A stretch of 64,000 bases of DNA, taken from an uncultured Planctomycetaceae bacterium (GTDB lineage Bacteria > Planctomycetota > Planctomycetia > Isosphaerales > Isosphaeraceae). Of this stretch, positions 60,263 through 64,000 are shown in pieces (the stretch's first letter is position 1; every line of letters begins with the position of its first letter). The notes beneath the pieces are model-generated. The model was not told where the DNA came from and made no database searches. It saw only the letters and a program-made list of their open reading frames with translations. The position numbers and the translations under genes were made by a program. The DNA is taken from the NCBI GenBank assembly GCA_963833985.1, contig CAWIAD010000001.1, forward strand, positions 2,368,001 to 2,432,000, read 5' to 3'.

Positions 60263-61406
60263 ATGTTGCGCAGTTGCAGACGAGGTTTCACCCTGATCGA
60301 GCTGCTGGTGGTCATCGCCATCATCGCAGTGTTGATCTCGCTCTTGCTTCCGGCCGTGCAATCAGCGCGAGGCAGCCCGGCGTATTCAGTGCACAAACAA
60401 CCTGAAACAGATCGGCCTGGCCTTGCACAATTATTACTCGACCAACAACACGTTTCCGATGGGCGGTACCCCCCAGATGGATCCCACCGCCAACTATCCG
60501 ACAGTCACCGGGCCCTACGAGTGGGAGAATTACAGCAGCTTCGCCATGATGTTACAGTATCTTGAGCAATTGCCGGTCTTCAACTCCTGCAATTTGCTCA
60601 TCTGCCCGGACACCGGTTTCGGTGCTGCGCAACCCTGGAACTACACGGCTTACAACACCAAGCTGAACGCGTTCCTCTGCCCGTCCGATCCGTACTCCGG
60701 CATTCAGAACTTGTGCAATTACGCAGCTTGCTTCGGCACCACGACTTACATGCCCGCTTTCCAGGTGACCACCTCGGTCGTACAGAACCAGGGTGAGACC
60801 ACCGGTCTTTTCACGATCTGGAAGTCATACGGCATGCAGAGCGTGACTGACGGTACAAGCAATACGATGGCGTTTGCCGAGCAACTGGTCGGGTGCTGTG
60901 GTTCGGGTTATAACCGCAGCGGGCCGAACGGTGGAAACGGTACCCTGTATCGCGGCAACATGGCCTTTACTCCCGCCAGTTATGTGCCGGCGAGTGGTCA
61001 CGTTTTCGACGTCAGTGCCATCCCTAATGCGGCCAATACCGTAGCGACTGACATCCAGGCGATTGCCGCCATTTTTCAGCAGCAACTGCCCAAGAAGATT
61101 CCCGATTATCGTGGCTACAGGTGGATCATGGGCATCCCCGGCGCCACGATGTTCAACTCGGTCCAGACGCCGAACGAATCGATCTTCAACGGATCCCGAA
61201 CAGGTCCTGGTAGCGTGAGCGGTAGCGTCGGCAACAATACGGACTCCTCCTGGTCGGTACCCGCGACGAGCACCCACCCGGGCGGAGTGAATGTGACGAT
61301 GGCCGACGGCCACGTTCAGTTCATCAAGAACAGCATCAGCCGCCCCATCTGGTGGGCCCTTTCAACAAGGGCGAACGGCGAAGTCATCAGCTCAGACTCT
61401 TACTGA
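60263..61406 (+). CDS. DUF1559 protein with prepilin-type N-terminal cleavage/methylation motif and H-X9-DG domain; apparent frameshift ~60368
   Basis: '[30 protein letters not shown](REAARRIQC)[14 protein letters not shown]', 'FLCPSD', 'TDGTSNT', '[12 protein letters not shown]' and '[14 protein letters not shown]'. Confidence 0.93.
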
Positions 61407-61441
61407 TCTGCAATCCGCTTTCCCACAAGGGTCTCATGAGC

Positions 61442-61479
61442 AAGGCAGGCCGGAGAGTATCTCCGGTCTGCCTTCTTTT
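61442..61479 (+). terminator. Intrinsic terminator after the DUF1559 gene
   Basis: Long stem-loop AAGGCAGGCCGGAGA-GTA-TCTCCGGTCTGCCTT followed by CTTTT. Confidence 0.75.
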
Positions 61480-61618
61480 GCGGAGTTTGCCGCGAGGACA
61501 CACAACAAGCGACGTTCAACGTCATGCAAGGAGTGCAGGAAATCCGCCGGGATTCCCATACCGGAGCGGCAGTCAGCCTGCTGGAGTATGGAGGTGGTTC
61601 AGGCGGGTGTCATGCCTC

Positions 61619-62392
61619 TTATTCTCCAGCAGCCCTGGGCACTTTCGCTCGCGGCTCCTGAAGCGCAACGATCACCGTACCGAACACGACGAATACGCTC
61701 AGGAGGGCGGCGGCGGCCAGCCGGGTTTCAGCCTGTTCCGGGAGCGGTCTCTCGGTGCGGGCAAGCGGAAGGAAGGCTCCGCAAACGTCGAATAACAACG
61801 CTGCCAGAGCACCGCCAGTGATTCCACCGATCAAAGGCCTTGCAAACGCCTTTCGAGTGTCGCAGCCAGCAGCGAAGGAAACCCCACCCGCAGCTCCCAC
61901 GGCGGACCAGATCGCGAGGTGAATAAGCAGCGACAGAGTGAAATCTGCCGTTCCGAGCCGATTGAAATAAAGCGGTGTTACTGCGTAAGAAGCCGCGGCG
62001 CCGAACAGGCCACCGAGCACGATGCCTACCAGGCAAGCGGTCAGCGTCCGAGTCAGTGAGAATCTCCGCAGCAAGCAGCCTGCGGCGAGAGCAAGACTGA
62101 GCGACAGGAAAGCGCCGAGCAAGCCGTAGGCGACCGCCGCATTTTGAGCCGCATTTCCAATCACAAGGCGAGTTCCCCGAAACTTCGTGCCATGCTCCAC
62201 ATTCTCCAGGATGCGGAAGCGGTCCGCGACCGTGCACGCGATCCATGCTCCTGCCAGGGCAATGAGAACGCCGACCACGAGCGCGCTACCGATCGCTGTT
62301 GAACTCGGCCGAACGGCCTTCACGGTAGTCGGTACGGCAGGCGTCTGGGTCGGCTCTCCCCGCCCATCAACTTCTGTCTCGGAATCGCTCAT
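61619..62392 (-). CDS. Hypothetical multi-pass membrane protein (Gly/Ala-rich TM helices)
   Basis: About 257 aa with about 6 hydrophobic GxxxG-rich segments. Confidence 0.7.
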   Translation of the reverse strand: MSDSETEVDGRGEPTQTPAVPTTVKAVRPSSTAIGSALVVGVLIALAGAWIACTVADRFRILENVEHGTKFRGTRLVIGNAAQNAAVAYGLLGAFLSLSLALAAGCLLRRFSLTRTLTACLVGIVLGGLFGAAASYAVTPLYFNRLGTADFTLSLLIHLAIWSAVGAAGGVSFAAGCDTRKAFARPLIGGITGGALAALLFDVCGAFLPLARTERPLPEQAETRLAAAALLSVFVVFGTVIVALQEPRAKVPRAAGE

Positions 62393-62727
62393 TGACACGT
62401 CCTTTGATTCGGTGCAAATTGCATAAAATGGTATCTCTGGATGGCGATTACACCGTACTCCATGGAGCCGCGGCGCACCTGACATTATGGGCGACCGAAG
62501 GTAATTTCAAGTGGGTGGAGCAACTGGTACAAGCACTTGGTTGACACCATGAACGGAGATTCTCGAGACGAGCTTCATGGAAATGCAAAAAAGAAGATCT
62601 TGTGGTGATCGCACCTGAGCAGGCCGCGCCTCTGAGGCACAGCGGTTTTCGCTCGAGTCATGCGTGCGGGAGTATGAGTTTGCCTGGACAGAACCAGAGT
62701 CGGCCGCCACGAGCACCTGAGCAGGGG

Positions 62728-62854
62728 GGGAAATTAGTGTCAGGGGGGAAATTCGTCTCAGTTCATTTAAATTGCCAATAAATGAACCGACACTGATTTC
62801 CCCATAAATGAACTGACACCGGTTTCCCTATAAATGAACTGACACCGGTTTCCC
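62728..62854. repeat. Cluster of ~25-bp repeats ATAAATGAACTGACACCGGTTTCCC: three direct copies (period 26) plus inverted copies
   Basis: Direct copies are at 62778 (variant), 62804 and 62830. Degenerate inverted copies are GGGAAATTCGTCTCAGTTCATTTA (62746-62769) and partial GGGAAATTAGTGTCAG (62728-62743). Confidence 0.85.
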
Positions 62855-63097
62855 TGACCGATTCCGAAATCGATCTCCAGGCTGGGTCACTGGCCCGACG
62901 TTATGAAAGAATCGGGCGACCCGAGCCGCTCTCATAGGTCGTCATTACAGACTCCAGGGAGCCCCGCATGAAAGCTCAGCGGACCGACCCGCCGAGATTA
63001 GCCTACATTCGCAAAGAGCCGAGCCGTGCCCAGGTCTGAATACTGGGAAACTTGCCCACGCCATCGGTTCCGGTAACCAGCCATATTGTCAGAGGTC

Positions 63098-64000
63098 TCA
63101 ATCGGTCTTTCCGTTATGGGCAGCATCGGCCCCCCACATCTGCCAGCCATCGTCGGCGTCCTCACCCGTCTCCATGCACATGAGCGTCCCGGAGTCAGTC
63201 CCGATATAGACACGCCCTGCCACGACGGCCGGCTGGAACACGATCGGTTCGCCGATCGGGACACTCCAGAGCGTCGTTCCGGACTCGGCCGACAAGCAAT
63301 GGACCTCGCCGTGGACGGTCCCGAAGTAAAGCTTCCCATTGGCGATGGCGGGGGGAGTCAGCGGGCTGTCGAGCAATTCCTCACCCTCGGGCTGTCCGGT
63401 GCCGACTTTCGTCTTCCAGTACATCGTCTCCGAGCGTGGGTCGGCCGAGGTGACAGTGTCGCCGTGGGCCGCGTACAGCCGTCCCCGGTAGACGAAGGGC
63501 TTCGAACCCTGGTAGGTCCAGATCTCATGGACATGGCCCTTGCCGAGGTTGTGCATGGCCTGGGCCATCTTCGCATCCCCCTTCGCAGAGCCGAATCCAA
63601 CGGCAGAGTCGGCCTTGAAGCTGGCCGCGTATCGGGGCGAGCCTCGGACTCGTTTGGCGTGATCGAGGTAGTCGGCCTTACGGGCCGACCCCGCATAGCG
63701 CCGGTAGGCCGCGTCGCGCATCCGCCGCGCGGCGAGATGCTCGGCCTGGTAGACGTCAGGCCGTACCGGGTCGCCCTCCTTCACCTCCTGACGCTGACTG
63801 AAGAAGCATTCCCCCTCCCAGACCACCGGCGACGAGGTGGCATTGCGTGGCTCCTGCCACAAAACGTGGCCATCCTCCTTGCGCATGCAATAGAGCGTGC
63901 CGTCGAGGGTCGCGCAGTGGACGTTCTCGCCTGCGAGAACGGGGGCCGTGATGATCTCGCCGGCGATCGGCTGCTTCCAGTATTCCTGCCCCGTGCGAAG
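63098..64000 (-). CDS. PQQ-binding-like beta-propeller repeat protein (BamB-like repeats), 5' partial
   Basis: Repeated 'P....G.(L/V)Y.GT..G...C.....G...W' units. The frame is open to the window end. Confidence 0.8.
   Translation of the reverse strand, partial: LRTGQEYWKQPIAGEIITAPVLAGENVHCATLDGTLYCMRKEDGHVLWQEPRNATSSPVVWEGECFFSQRQEVKEGDPVRPDVYQAEHLAARRMRDAAYRRYAGSARKADYLDHAKRVRGSPRYAASFKADSAVGFGSAKGDAKMAQAMHNLGKGHVHEIWTYQGSKPFVYRGRLYAAHGDTVTSADPRSETMYWKTKVGTGQPEGEELLDSPLTPPAIANGKLYFGTVHGEVHCLSAESGTTLWSVPIGEPIVFQPAVVAGRVYIGTDSGTLMCMETGEDADDGWQMWGADAAHNGKTD

Noticed and set aside
2950..60375. Widespread pseudogenisation or programmed frameshifting
   Set aside because: The indels share one sequence context, hit housekeeping-type genes such as deaD and rbsK, and come without nonsense decay or slippery heptamers. 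Sequencing error is more parsimonious.
62778..62854. Possible CRISPR array or plasmid iterons
   Set aside because: The copies are adjacent with no spacers, inverted copies are present, and there is no rep or cas gene nearby.

Overview
This 64 kb GC-rich window is very probably from a planctomycete. The evidence is a DUF1549/DUF1553 plus DUF1501 pair, a DUF1559 prepilin-like gene, and a kinase-NTPase-FGE fusion; Isosphaeraceae-like placement is an inference. In order, the window holds: housekeeping and planctomycete-specific genes (1-8.5 kb); a nucleoside/ribose utilisation set (8.7-12.8 kb); four secreted glycoside hydrolases (13-23 kb); a ~16.4 kb minus-strand Pfa/Hgl-like iterative type I PKS operon with a free ACP, hydrolase, SDR, two paralogous methyltransferases and an ABC transporter (23.9-40.3 kb), plus flanking envelope genes; a GT2-GT2-methyltransferase fusion coupled to a small unknown protein; a Ser/Thr kinase-STAND-FGE gene; a complete IS1634 element with terminal inverted repeats and a target duplication; and a TPR/sulfatase/lipoprotein/DUF1559/membrane-protein cassette. 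About 15 frameshifts split genes, nearly all at GCGC(GC)/CGCG runs, so they are treated as systematic sequencing errors rather than pseudogenes. Three different REP-like palindromic repeat families are present. No rRNA, tRNA or CRISPR array was recognised. The best candidate for an undescribed system is the PKS operon: its second KS has Ser in place of the catalytic Cys, its fused PPTase is degenerate, and the N-terminal domain of the first PKS appears deleted. All family calls come from motif recognition by eye, with no database search.
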